64,000 bases of DNA from the human T2T-CHM13v2.0 reference genome, Homo sapiens, in NCBI RefSeq assembly GCF_009914755.1, contig NC_060947.1, one strand, 5' to 3'. The translations under genes were made by a program, and so were the position numbers. Below the pieces are notes generated by a model. The model saw only the letters and a program-made list of their open reading frames with translations, did no database searches and was not told the origin of the DNA. Positions 15,791 through 32,037 of this stretch are shown piece by piece. Position 1 is the first letter of the stretch. Every line of letters begins with the position of its first letter.

Positions 15791-15917
15791 GCATCCATAT
15801 TCCTAGTGGTATTATTTGCAATAGGCAAAAGATCTGCCCACAGATAAATGGATAAATGAAATGTGGTATACACACACAATAGAATAGTATTCAGCCTTAA
15901 AAAGGAAGTAAATCCTG
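15791..15917 (+). mobile_element. L1MB-like 3' end, first part (host of L1 A)
   Basis: gataaatggataaatgaaatgtggtatacacac...tattcagccttaaaaaggaag; continues after 22084. Confidence 0.75.
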
Positions 15918-16369
15918 GGGAGGCAGCCAAGATGGCCAAATAGGAACAGCTCCAGTCTACAGCTCCCAGCGTGAGTGACGCAGAAGACGGGTGATTTCTG
16001 CATTTCCATCTGAGGTACCAGGTTCATCTCACTAGGGAGTGCAAGACAGTGGGTGCAGGACAGTGGGTGCAGTGCACCATGAGCTAACCAAAGCAGGGCG
16101 AGGCATTGCCTCACTCGCGAAGCACAAGGGATCAGGGAGTTCCCTTTCCTAGTAAAAGAAAGGTGTGACAGATGGCACCTGGAAAATCGGGTCACTCCCA
16201 CTCTAATACTTCGCTTTTCTGACGGGCTTAAAAAACGGTGCACCAGGAGATTATATCCCGCACCTGGCTCAGAGGGTCCTACGGCCACAGAGCCTCGCTG
16301 ATTGCTAGCACAGCAGTCTGAGATCAAACTGCAAGGCGGCAGCGAGGCTAGGGGAGGGGCGCCCGCCAT
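15812..16369 (-). CDS. Extended L1 ORF0-like antisense ORF (185 aa) reading out of the element 5' end
   Basis: The ATG at 16369 gives MAGAPPLASLPPCSLISDCCASNQRGSV..., the L1 ORF0 N-terminus, with no stop until 15812 (ORF track 15812..16438). Expression unknown. Confidence 0.4.
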   Translation of the reverse strand: MAGAPPLASLPPCSLISDCCASNQRGSVAVGPSEPGAGYNLLVHRFLSPSEKRSIRVGVTRFSRCHLSHLSFTRKGNSLIPCASRVRQCLALLWLAHGALHPLSCTHCLALPSEMNLVPQMEMQKSPVFCVTHAGSCRLELFLFGHLGCLPRIYFLFKAEYYSIVCVYHISFIHLSVGRSFAYCK

Positions 16370-16947
16370 TGCCCAGGCTTGCTTAGGTAAACAAAGCAGC
16401 TGGGAAGCTCGAACTGGGTGGAGCCCACCACAGCTCAAGGAGGCCTGCCTGCCTCTGTAGGCTCCACCTCTGGGGGCAGGGCACAGACAAAAAGAGAGCA
16501 GTAACCTCTGCAGACTTAAATGTCCCTGTCTGACAGCTTTGAAGAGAGCAGTGGTTCTCCCAGCAAGCAGCTGGAGATCTGAGAATGGGCAGACTGCCTC
16601 CTCAAGTGGGTCCCTGACCCCTGGCCCCCAAGCAGCCTAACTGGGAGGCACCCCCCAGTAGGGGCAGATTGACAACTCACACGGCCAGGTACTCCTCTGA
16701 GACAAAACTTCCAGAGGAACGATCAGACAGCAGCATTCGTGGTTCATGAAAATCTGCAGTTCTGCAGCCACCGCTGCTGATACCCAGGCAAACAGGGTCT
16801 GAGTGGACCTCTAGCAAACTCCAACAGGCCTGCAGCTGAGGATCCTGTCTGTTAGAAGGAAAACTAACAAACGGAAAGGACATCCACACCAAAAACCCAT
16901 CTGTAAATAACCATCATCAAAGGCCAAAAGTAGATAAAACCACAAAG
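15918..16947 (+). promoter_or_regulatory. L1 5'UTR internal sense/antisense promoter with YY1 site and retained 129-bp ZNF93-target segment
   Basis: CAAGATGGC YY1 motif near 15928. The segment tctgagacaaaacttccagagg...ctagcaaactcc (~16696-16822) is present; it is absent from L1PA2/L1HS. Confidence 0.7.
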
Positions 16948-17960
16948 ATGGGGAAAAAACAGACCAGAAAAACTGGAAACTCTAAAAAGCAGAGCACCTC
17001 TCTTCCTCCAAAGGAACACAGTTCCTCACCAGCAATGGAACAAAGCCAGACGGAGAATGACTTGGACAAGTTGAGAGAAGAAGGCTTCAGATGATCAAAT
17101 TACTCCGAGCTACAGGAGGAAATTCCAACCAAAGGCAAAGAAGTTAAAAACTTTGAAAAAAATTTAGACGAATGTATAACTAGAATAACCAATACAGAGA
17201 AGTTCTTAAAGGAGCTGATGGAGCTGAAAGCCAAAGCTTGAGAACTACATGAAGAATGCAGAAGCCTCAGGAGCCAATGCGATCAACTGGAAGAAAGGGT
17301 ATCAGTGATGGAAGATGAAATGAATGAAATAAAGCGACAAGGGAAGTTTAGAGAAAAAAGAATAAAAAGAAATGAACAAAGCCTCCAAGAAATATGGGAC
17401 TATGTGAAAGACCAAATCTACATCGGATTGGTGTACCTGAAGTGGTGGGGAGAATGGAACCAAGTTGGAAAACACTCTGCAGGATATTATCCAGGAGAAC
17501 TTCCCCAATCTAGCAAGGCAGGCCAACATTCAGATTCAGGAAATACAGAGAATGTCACAAAGATACTCCTTGAGAAGAGCAACTCCAAGACACATAATTG
17601 TCAGATTCACCAAAGTTGAAATGAAGGAAAAAATGTTAAGGGCAGCCAGAGAAAAGTCGGGTTACTCACAAAGGGAAGCCCATCAGACTAACAGCAGATC
17701 TCTCAGCAGAAACTCTAGAAGCCAGAAGAGAGTGGGGGCCAATATTCAACATTCTTAAAGAAAAGAATTTTCAACCCAGAATTTCATATCCAGCCAAACT
17801 AAGCTTCATAAGTGAAGGAGAAATAAAATACTTTACAGACAAGCAAATGCTGAGAGATTTTGTCACCACCAGGCCTGCCCTAAAAGACCTCCTGAAGGAA
17901 GCACTACACACGGAAAAGAATAACCGGTACCAGCCACTGCAAAATCATGCCAAATTGTAA
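16948..17960 (+). pseudogene. L1 ORF1p, disrupted (element A)
   Basis: Starts MGKKQTRK. Contains in-frame stops (~17092, ~17239) and frameshifts; fragments 17305..17619 and 17465..17758. Confidence 0.9.
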
Positions 17961-18024
17961 AAAAACATCGAGGCTAGGAAGAAACTGCATGAACCAATGA
18001 GCAAAATAACCAGCTAACATCATA

Positions 18025-21846
<3,822 letters not shown>

Positions 21847-22083
21847 TCAATGAGAACACATGGACATAGAAAGGGGAACATCACACTCTGGGGACTGTTG
21901 TGGGGTGGGGGGAGGGGGGAGGGATAGCATTAGGAGATGTACCTAATGCTAAATGACGAGTTAATGGGTGCTGCACACCAGCATGGCACTTGTATACATA
22001 TGTAACTAACCTGCACATTATGCACGTGTACCCTAAAACTTAAAGTATAATAACAAAATAAAAAGTAAAAAATAAATTAAAAA

Positions 22084-22390
22084 AAAGTAAGTGAATCCTG
22101 TCACACGCTACAACATGAATGAACTTTGAGGACATTTTGCTAAGTGAAATAAACCAGTCACAAAAAGACACTGTATGATTCCACTCATATGAGATATCTG
22201 AAGTAGTGAAATCATAGAGGCAGAAAGTAGAATGGCGGTTATTAGAGGCTGGGGGAGGGGGAAATGAGGAGTCGTTGTTTAATGGGTATAGAGTTTCAAT
22301 TTTACAAGATGGAGAAGTTCTAGAGATCTGTTTCGCAACAATGTAAATATACTTAACACTGCTGTGTTTTTTTAGTGCAATTGAATTTTC
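22084..22390 (+). mobile_element. L1MB-like 3' end, second part
   Basis: acatgaatgaactttgaggacattttgctaagtgaaataaaccagtcacaaaaagac...gatggagaagttctagagatctg. Confidence 0.78.
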
Positions 22391-22729
22391 ATTAAATTAT
22401 ATAAACTTTAAACTATATTAGAAACAAAAGTGATAACTATTCAGCATTCATCATTTCCAAAATATTTTACTACATTTTACTATTGTCTGTCATATTATTA
22501 CTATATTATACATATGTATTATATATGTAATATATAACAAGTATTTTTACTATTTTATTTGCATGTTAGGAACACTGTATAATAGTGTGCTACTGTGTGT
22601 CTCTTCCCAATTCTGTATTCAGTAGCATGGAGTTGATAGTTTGAAACTGGCAAATGCTGCACATTAGGTTGCTCCCTTCCATCCATGTCCTGGAGAGCTG
22701 CTTGTTAAATATCTACCAGCCCACCACTT
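22391..22729 (+). mobile_element. MER63 right part
   Basis: Resumes at attaaattatataaactt...; right terminus gagagctgcttgttaaatatctaccagcccaccact. Confidence 0.75.
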
Positions 22730-23084
22730 GTTCCAGGGCCTAACAAACTCTCACTGCTAGTAAATGCTTCCTCTAGAATTACCTCAAAACCCACCTGTTG
22801 CATTTTAAAATTTCTTTTCCAGAATGGAGGTGGAAATCAAGTTTTTGTTAAAGCATAGCTTTAAATTGACCTTCCAGCCACTATGGTAAGGAAATAAGAA
22901 TGAGGCTTAGAACAACTCATTACTCAATGAATATTAACTGAGCATCTATATGTGCCAGACTCTGAAATATTAAAACTGCAAATAATTTAGAAAACCTATG
23001 CATGACAGAATTCATCTTTGAAGAATAATCTGGCACTGGCCAAAACTGGTTCTGTGACTTCTATTAAACCATTTTTTTGCATGA

Positions 23085-23455
23085 GTGGTTTCACCTTAGT
23101 ATAGAAAGGGCACTGGGTTAAGAGACCTGGGCACAAATATTGGGTTTAACACTAGCTGTAGGACCTTAAGCAAATTATTTCAACTCTCTGTGCCTCACTT
23201 TCCTCATGTGCCACATGGGAGTAGAAAGCATCATCATCATCATCATCATCATAGCTAACACATATATATATATGCTCACTGTGTGTCAGGCACTGTTTTA
23301 AGGGCTTTATGTAAATTCACTCATTTAATCCTCACAACAACTCTAAGAAGTTATTTGCTATTAGTTTCATCGCCAGTTTACTGATAAGTAAACTGAGGCA
23401 CAGATAGGTGAAGTTGCTTTCTCAAGGTTATAACAGTTAGTAGATGAAGGGGGGT
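23085..23455. mobile_element. Two MIR relics in opposite orientation with a (CAT)n microsatellite at the junction
   Basis: ctctctgtgcctcactttcctcat (+) and aatcctcacaacaac...aactgaggcacaga (-); (CAT)8 at ~23229-23252. Confidence 0.65.
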
Positions 23456-26007
23456 TATTATAGGACCTCACAACTCAAAGAGCCATTCAATTCTCTTCTG
23501 AAGGAACCATTGCCAAGCTGAAGCTGGGAGCCCTGATTAGGCCTCAAGGCTACACTCTGTTGATTAAACCTGAGTCACAGGGCAGGACCTCACAGATCTG
23601 AGAAGCAATGAGGGCAGATTTGAGTCTCTTGAGACTTGGGAAATGAAGCCAGGACTTATCTGTTCAAATTGAAGCAGGAAATCCAGAGGGCAGGACAGGT
23701 GGTGGGAAGTCCCCTTCTATAGCTTCAGTCTAGAGACAGAATGTCACATTTTCATTGGCAACCCAGATTCCAGCAGGTTCCATCAAATGTTTTACATGGA
23801 ATGTTCTCAAGGTTGATGTTTGGAACTGAGCAGGGTCAGGAAACTGGTTCTATACTGTTTCTTGGTGGACTTAGTTTGTTCTCTGGATTTGAGTGATTTG
23901 TATGCATTTCCCTTGACCCATGGAGGCCCCAAAGGACAAAATGATAGGTGTTCCTAATTGGAATCTGCAGTGAATTCACTCTTTCACTGAAAGAAAAAAA
24001 TGTTACAGAGTTACGTGTCAGGAACTTGGGTATCATTTGGCTTGGCCAAAGGCTCTCATGAACCATTCCCCAGCCTTCTCTTCCATGGACAGCTTCTTTA
24101 CTTGGCTTCTTGCTTTTTGCCTCCAACCTGAAAACTATTTCCAAGCACCACAACAACGTAGAGAGCCACTGCAATGTTCATTTAAAAAAAACCCTTTTCT
24201 CATTTGTCCATCTACCAAAATGTCCCAGGGAAAGGTAATATGCCCACCTGTAAGAATAACAAAATATATCAAAATGTAAAGAGTTAAAAATCAGCTTGTT
24301 CTCAAAGGCACCAGAGCCATTTCACCCAAAATGAAACTTTGTCAGAGGCCAGAATATTAGCTACTAATAGTGACTCCAATATCTTATTGTCCAGAAAACA
24401 GGAAGCTAGAAATGACCTTGAGGCATCATCTGATCCAGCCCCCTTTTTTTTAGTTGAGTGACTATACCAGAGATCGGCTCACTTATAGGGACAACTTCTG
24501 GGGTGTTGATGACCAATTTGCTTTTAACACAAATTGGCTTATCTACCAACTTCCTAAGGGATGCTACAGGTTATGTTCATTCCACTGGAGAGACTCTATT
24601 ATGCTTCAGATCTCTCTTGGTCTCCAGTCTATTGTGATTATAATTTCATCTTCCACATTGCTGCTGTTGTTTGGAAAATGACTACTTTGTGGAGAACAAC
24701 AAACAGAGGCTAGTCCATATAGTGTCATACAGTTCAGAGATCTATTATTATCCTCTAAATGTTCATTGATACTGAAGACAAACCTGGAAATCTGATACCT
24801 GTCCTTGGAAGCTTATAATTCTTCCTTTTATTCTAACTCAAATCTAACCAAGGACCTCACACAAGGTCACTCTCTAACAGATGTAAATGCATGCCTGCAC
24901 CAAATGAGAGGCAATGTGGAGGAGTGGAATGAGCACGGGTTTTGGAAACAGGCTTTTGGTGTCTCAGTTTCCTCATCAATAAAATGAATGTAGTGTATAT
25001 AAAAGTCCTGGCATGGAATAGGAATTTAGTAAGTGTATGAGTTCTTAGCAAATGATAGTCCAGTACAGGGGTGATCATTTCCCGCTTTCCTTCAACAGTG
25101 CTCCCCAACTCAATTCCACCCCAAAGGCATTGAGGACACTGGAGCCATTCTAGCCTGACCTTCCCATTTCTTGTTCTTTCTTTTTTTTCTGTTTATTCCT
25201 CCCCATTCCCCCTCATCTTTAATTCTCCTCTTCGTCTTTAATTTCTCACCATCTCCTTCACCTTACTTCTTTTACCTCCCCCTCTAGCTAACACAGTGAG
25301 TTCTGTTTGCACACAGCAGGTGTGAAAATGTAATTCAGCTAGATGGCAAATGACTTGCCAAGTGGATTTGAGGGGTTGCAGTCCTCCTTCCTGCTGTGGT
25401 GTGTGATTATTATTTTGATTAAGCCTCTGGAGAAAAGAGTGACAACTGAGACAGATACACCAATGTATGCCTATCCCATAGGCTTTTGCTGTAGGCCTAG
25501 CAGTTGACCCGTCCTTATCTACGGGACTTATCTATGGGATTCAGGCAACTCCCAGCCCCCAATTTAGAGTGCCAGAAAAATTAGCTCCTGATCTTAAAAC
25601 ACTCTGTTCTTGGGGGGAAGAGGAGGGAGGAATACAGTCTCTGTAACTAAAAGGGTTATGGAAATTGCCTAGCTAGGGGATCATTTCTAGGCAGAAAGTG
25701 ATGATAAAAATAGTCACTTGTAACTGAAATAAAGCTACACCCGGGTGGCTTCAAATAATGTTTCCTTCTTCTTTTACTGACACAAACACATTTCTGCTAC
25801 AGTTAGCACCACACAGGCAACTGGACAAGAATAGGGCAGTGTGAATCCAGACCCTAATGCGTCTGCAAAAGGGCTGTCAGCAGAATGCCAGCAGCAGCAG
25901 CAGCTTCTGCTGGTGCATTTTGGGGACTGATGACTGAAGCACAGCAAACAGGGCTGAATTCCCAGGAGACAGTGAGGATCCTCGGACTCAGGTGGAGTTT
26001 GTTGGAC

Positions 26008-26120
26008 TGTGTATTAGTTAGTATTGCCATAATCCTGTGTATTAGGATTCTACCACAGACTGGATGACCTTTACAACAGAAATTTATTGTCTCACAGTTT
26101 TGGAGGCTAGATGTCTGAAA
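26008..26120 (-). mobile_element. MLT1-like LTR 3' fragment
   Basis: taccacagactgg...acaacagaaatttattgtctcacagttttggaggctaga. Confidence 0.65.
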
Positions 26121-26124
26121 GTGT

Positions 26125-26700
26125 TCGGAATCAACTTAAGTGTCCATCAACAAATGTACAGATAAAGAAAATGTACTAATACCATACAAACCAGAATACT
26201 CTCCAGCTTTAATAAAGAAGAAAATCCTGCCATTTGCAACAACATGAATGAATCTGGAAGACATTTTGTTAAGTGAAATAAGCCAGGAACAGAAAGACAA
26301 ATACAGCATGATCTCACTTATATGTAGAATCTTAAAAAGTTGAACTCATAGAAGTAGAGAATAGAATGGTGGTTACCAGGGGCTGGGGCTGGAGGTGTTG
26401 AGGAGATGTTGGTCCAAGGACACAAAGTTTCAGTTAGATTTAAGGAATAATGCAAGACATCTATTATACAACATGGTTACTATAGTTGATAGCAATGTAT
26501 CATATACTTAAAAATCACTAAGAGAGGAGATTTTAAGTGTTCTCAACACACAAAAAAAGTTTGAGGTAATGCGTACATTAATTCGCTCAATCTAGCCATT
26601 TCATATTGTATACATATTTCAAAACATGTTGTACATGATAAATATACGAAATATTTACCTGTCAATTAAAAGGATAATTAGATTAGAAAAAAAAAGAAAA
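26125..26700 (+). mobile_element. L1MA-like 3' end
   Basis: aagtgtccatcaacaaatg...gttaagtgaaataagccaggaacagaaagacaaatacagcatgatctcac...A-tail. Confidence 0.82.
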
Positions 26701-27674
26701 CCTAAGTGCTGTGGAAATGAGGGCTTATTGATAATCCTGAGGATGAAATAGCCAGTGTCTGTTGTTATTCAAAGCCTATGGTAATATCCTGAGCTCTAGT
26801 AACATCCACCTAGCCTGGGCCACCTAGTTTGAGGCCATTATCTTACACTGTACTTCACTTAACTCTTCACTTTCCAAATTCCAAAATGAAACCACCGGAG
26901 TGACCTCCCTGTACTTTTAAATTAGTTGAGAATGCTTCAATTTTCTCTAATGGATGATCTGTCCTTTTTCCTAAATGAAATTAGCTGGTAGCAGGAAGCT
27001 GGAGAATAAAAAACAACATTTTTCATTAATCAGAAAGCTATTTTGTAAAAGTTGGAGATGCAGAAATTATTCCAGAGAAATGGTTGCTAGCTATGTCTAC
27101 TTTCACTCTTCCTATATCTGTGGATCATAAAATTGCACCATTTCTATTCTTTCTTGAAGTTAAACTGTCAACTCAATGTTTTGCACATATTTATCTCTCA
27201 ACACATGTTTGCTAATGGATTGACTCATGCTACTCAAAACTGAACCATCATATAAATGTGTGGCCTGAGAGCTACATGAGAATGGAGTCCAAAACTTGGC
27301 TTCATGCAGCAAGATACACAAGATAACTTCACATGACATGGATATTGATAAACTTTTTAATTTGTAAATATTGTACATTAGATTATATCTTCTTATTGGG
27401 GAGAAGAGTTCTCAAAACCAACTCTAGGATTCCAATACGTTTTGAAACAATTGACTAAAACTTCTGCTAGTTTTTAGTAGAGACCTAAGGAACCATTTCA
27501 GTTGGCAAAAAGCTTCCAGGCCATGGTGTCTCTCAATTCAAGTACTGTGAGGAACGAATAATGTCTTTCTCCCCCTACGCCATACTACTCTCAGTGTAAT
27601 CCCTAACATAATTAAAATTTATGGAAAATTAGAGCTGGCTGGTAGTTTTGGGAAAATTTAGTGGCTAAGCTTAT

Positions 27675-28022
27675 TGCTATGGTTTGAATGTCCCCTCCAA
27701 AATTCATGCTGAAATTTAATTGCCATTGTGATGGTATTAGGAGGTGGGACCTTTAAGAGGTGATTAGGTGATAAGGGCACTACTAATGCTGTTATTACAG
27801 GAGTGGGCTCCTGATGAAAGGATAAATTTGGTCCTGATTTTCTACCTGTTGCATACACTTCCTCACCATGATGCCTTCAACCATGGGATGACCCTCATTA
27901 TATGCCAGTGCCATGCTCTTGTACTTCCCAACCTCCAGAGCAGTAAGCCAAATAAATACCATTTCTTTATAAGTTGTCCAGTCTGTGGTATGCTGTTATA
28001 GCAGAAAAAAAAGACTAAGACA
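27675..28022 (+). mobile_element. Solo MSTD-like MaLR LTR
   Basis: tgctatggtttgaatgtcccctccaaaattcatg...gactaagaca; TSD CTTAT/CTCAT. Confidence 0.85.
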
Positions 28023-30369
28023 CTCATCTTGTCTTCAAAAGTGAAGATGAAATCCTTACCAATGAATAATGAATATAGCACTCCCTTCACAGTAGGTTGG
28101 CAGGCCATCTGCTGCCAATTTGAGGTTTTGAGCAGCTTTTGCCTTGTGCCATTGCCTCTTGTAGCCATTCCCTACTAGACAGCCCCTGGAGGAGGCTGTT
28201 GGGTCTTTGAATTGGCCAGTCTACCTGTTGGGCTGGCCTTCTGCTGAGATCAGACTGGCCAGCCTCCTCTATGTAAACTTGCCAAGTTACCTCATTCTTT
28301 TTACTATCTACTGTTGTCCTAAAGTAAGACTTTCCTGAGAATTAATCAATGGAGAAAAATTAAAGGACTTGGGGTTAGTTGATGGAACAAAGAAAGAGAA
28401 AAGTAAAGAAGGATAGTTAACACTTTATTGAATTAAAAGCCATTTTATTTATTAAAGAACATTGTTCTTGGTGAAAACAGAAAAAGATAAACTAAACTAG
28501 GGCAACAACTTTAAATACTTAAGTTATATTTAAAGAATCATTTTGGGAATTGAATTGGAATGATAACCAAGAGAGGAACATCTTCCTGGAGCTCTTTAGG
28601 GATAAAGATGGGGGAAATGTGGAGACAGGCACCTCACAAGGGGCTCCTTGCCCATTTCTGATGCTTACACACCTCTTTACGGTTTAAAATGCCATTTCCC
28701 ATGGACTTAGTGGAGGAAAGCGGGAATATTAAAGAGGCAACTCAGCCACTCTCTAATTTCAGGTCCATGTTTACATTCTCCCAGGAGGAAAAAAATCTAT
28801 CCCATGTAAAAGAACTCCAGAGAAGAAAGTTCTGAGGGCTCTCTCTCATTCATCTTAAAGTTTAACAGCTCTCAATGTCAAGAACGTTGCTTTATATTTA
28901 TCCCAAATCTTTCTTATTAAAAAGAATCCATTTTCTTTTGTTCTAGCCTCTGGAAACAAAGAACAATTGGTCATACATGTGAAGACCATTTTTCAATAGC
29001 CTCGAAGTCTCCTTTTCTCCAAGATAAACATTCTCAGCTTCTTTAATCTTTTTTGAAGATGTTCCCAATGCCCTTTGTGCCTCTCCTCAGGATTCCCTTC
29101 ACTCTCTCTTCATCTGCCTTTAAGCATGGAACCTAGAATTATATAAAGTCTTCTAGTACGTTTTTGAGTACAATAGAAAGCTCCCTTTTTCAGTGATCAG
29201 TCTGTTTTTGCATATTCAGGTTGCACAGCCTGTACTGTGATAATAGCTACACTCCTGTTATTGGTCACTGAGGTTGTCTTCCATTATTTTTGCTTAGTAA
29301 ATTATGGAATCACTCAATGGAATATTATGCAGCCACTGAAAAGGATCATAATTATTAAGAGTGCATAGCCACAAGTGGAGAAAAAGTTTATTTTTAGCAG
29401 ATGGGTAAGTGAAAAGATGCAAATTACAAAATTATGTGGCCTCTTATCTATGGACACACGGTACTTTATACACCACTTTATTACAGCACTTAGCATTTTC
29501 TATTACTGTCATTTGTTTCTGTGCCTATCCATTCTTCCAAGCCAATGAACTCTGAGGGCCTAGGTAGTACTTGAGTCAACTCTGTTGTGCCAGCACTGTG
29601 TGCAGTTCCAGGCAGAGAGTGGGTGCTCAGATGTGTTTGTTAAATGAATAAAGTGGATAAATTTCATGCTATATAAAAATACCTAAGCATGGAAATAGAG
29701 ACTTGGATATAATAAGAGGAAATCAAAATAAGTGTGCTAGTATGGTAAAATTACAAGGGTTTCATTCTTCTCAATTTTTTTTCACCTATTGTTATTACCT
29801 GGAAAAAAAGGGAGGACAGGAAATCAGGCTTACAGTGTTTACTCCTGGCTGACAGGTCTCTCAATGTCCTACTTTCCATGCAGCTTGTTTCATTGTTACT
29901 GGACTGTGCACTGTCTTAGTATCTGAGTGGACCATTTGGTTTACTTTTAGTAAGAACCCTCAGAAATTTTGAACTGCCTTCCAAAGGCACTGCTTACCAA
30001 CATCCCCTTTCCCCCAACCTGGTCCTCCTTCTCTCAAACCACACACAGTGTGACCATAATAAACAAGTATTAGGGACATCGTCTCATTTTAACTTTCTAA
30101 CAACGTTGGAAGGTAGTCAAGATAGGGACAAATCTATGTTTGAAAGATGTGAAAACAAAGGCTTAAAGAGGCCCATGGTGACAGAGCTAATAAAGGGAAG
30201 AAAAGAACTAGAACCCAGGTTCTGACTTCAAACCCATGAATCATACTGTCCACTACTGTGCTGCAGGAACTCAGATCTAATGACCCTCAGATTCCCTATG
30301 CCCCCAAGCCTATAACTACTTGATCCTTTCAGCTGCTAGGTGAAAAGGCAGGTAGGGATAGAAATGAAA

Positions 30370-31625
30370 AGTTAACATTTACTGTATGCCTACTATGTAT
30401 CAGTTAACCAATCTCTGGTATGTACTATTATTATCCAGACTTTTTAGAAAAGACGCAGCAGGCTCAGGGGGGTTAAAGTGATTTCCCATGGTCACACAGC
30501 TGGTAAATGGCAGAGCTGATATTCAAACACAGATCTGTCTAACTCCAAAACCCACGCCCTTGGCACTACATCAGATAGAGTATAAGCTTTACCTCAATTT
30601 AGTAACATGACCCAGGCTCCAAGATCAACCACCGACAAGCTCTTTCCTTGAACCCCATCTTAGACATATCTCTTGGAAGGGAGAAGGCGGGCTTGGAAGA
30701 AAAAGCCAAGCTTGGCAGGTAGCAGCTGTGGCTTGAATTTCTGTTGAGTGACATTAACTAAGTCAACCATCTGCTGCTCCCCAGCCTGCAGGTGTCACTC
30801 TGAAAGGGTTTAGCCTTTCTACCAGGTCCAGAATTATGCTATTTCAGTTTTAATCCTATGTCAAACTAAGTGTCCCTTCTCACCATCACCAACCTCTTTG
30901 CTAATCTGTGTTAATATGGGTAGAATAATGGAAGGAACATAAGCCACTGCATTCTCAAAGTGCTCTGTGCCAGATATGTTCTAAACGCCTAACATATTTA
31001 ATCCTTACCACAACCTTATGAGGTAGATACTCTCATATTCTCAATTTTACTAAGGAGCAAGCTGAGGTACAGAAAGGTTAAATAGGTGCCCAAGATCACA
31101 CAACCAGTGAGTGGCAGAGCTGAGATTTGAACTTGAACAAATCTGCAAGAGTGCACGCTTTTAAGCACAGCAATGTATTGATAGCCCAAGAGTGATGTGA
31201 TAGCAGCAAAAAAGCAGGACAGGAAAGGCCTAAATTATTGCTAAAGCTGACAATAGCAACAATATAGCTTCCATCTAGACAATGCTTTACAGTTTGCATA
31301 GCACTTTGCTCATCTATAGACTCAATTCGTCCTCACAACAATGGCATGGGGAAGGCAGCATTAATTTTATGAGCCTCCATTTTTAAGGAGGCAGTATAGA
31401 ACAAAGGTTCCATATCCATGTTCTGGAATTTGACTTGGATTCAAGTCCTGGCTCTGTTCTTTCTTAGTTATGTTTCACTAAACATATCTTTTCTAGGCCT
31501 GAAGATTTTCATATGTAAAAATAGCTTCATAGTGTTATAGGGAGGAATGAATGCAGCAATATACATACCATGTTTCACAGAGTTCCTGACCTAAAGAAAG
31601 CCATCAATGAATGTTAGCTATTATG
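30370..31625. mobile_element. Cluster of MIR relics (~30370-30570, ~30945-31170, ~31385-31625)
   Basis: MIR core motifs such as ggtcacacagctggtaaatggcagagctg, caaccttatgaggtagatact and ggattcaagtcctggctctg. Confidence 0.6.
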
Positions 31626-31983
31626 ATTAGATGATGGAACTAAAGGCCTAAATATAGAGGTACTCATATATACAGCATTCAGGAAGGCAGGAGCAGAGCA
31701 GTCTAGATTCCATGCTCTTTTCCCCATTCCAGTGTTCTTCTAGGATTTCTCACCCTGAGGCTGCCATTTTGTGTTTTGACAGATAGGCCAGTGGCCTGCC
31801 ACAAGACTGCTGAGGATGAGCATATCAGATCAGAATGTTCACTTTGTCTGCCACTTCCACCCCCTCCTTGCCACTGATAATTGAAATACAGCACCTGGCA
31901 TAAGGCTGGCCAATAGCAGGCCCTCAGTAGGTATCTACTGAATGAATGAAATACCTGTGCCATGAAAGTGTTCCCATTGTATC

Positions 31984-32037
31984 CGAGAGAGAGAGAGAGA
32001 GAGAGAAGAGAGAGAGGAAGAGAGAGAGAGACAGAGA
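31984..32037. repeat. (GA)n microsatellite
   Basis: gagagagagagagagagagagaagagagagaggaagagagagagagacagaga. Confidence 0.9.

Noticed and set aside
24008-24135. Possible minus-strand exon (ttttcag acceptor ... gtaact donor)
   Set aside because: The donor is weak, the polypyrimidine tract is short, and no frame gives a recognisable translation.
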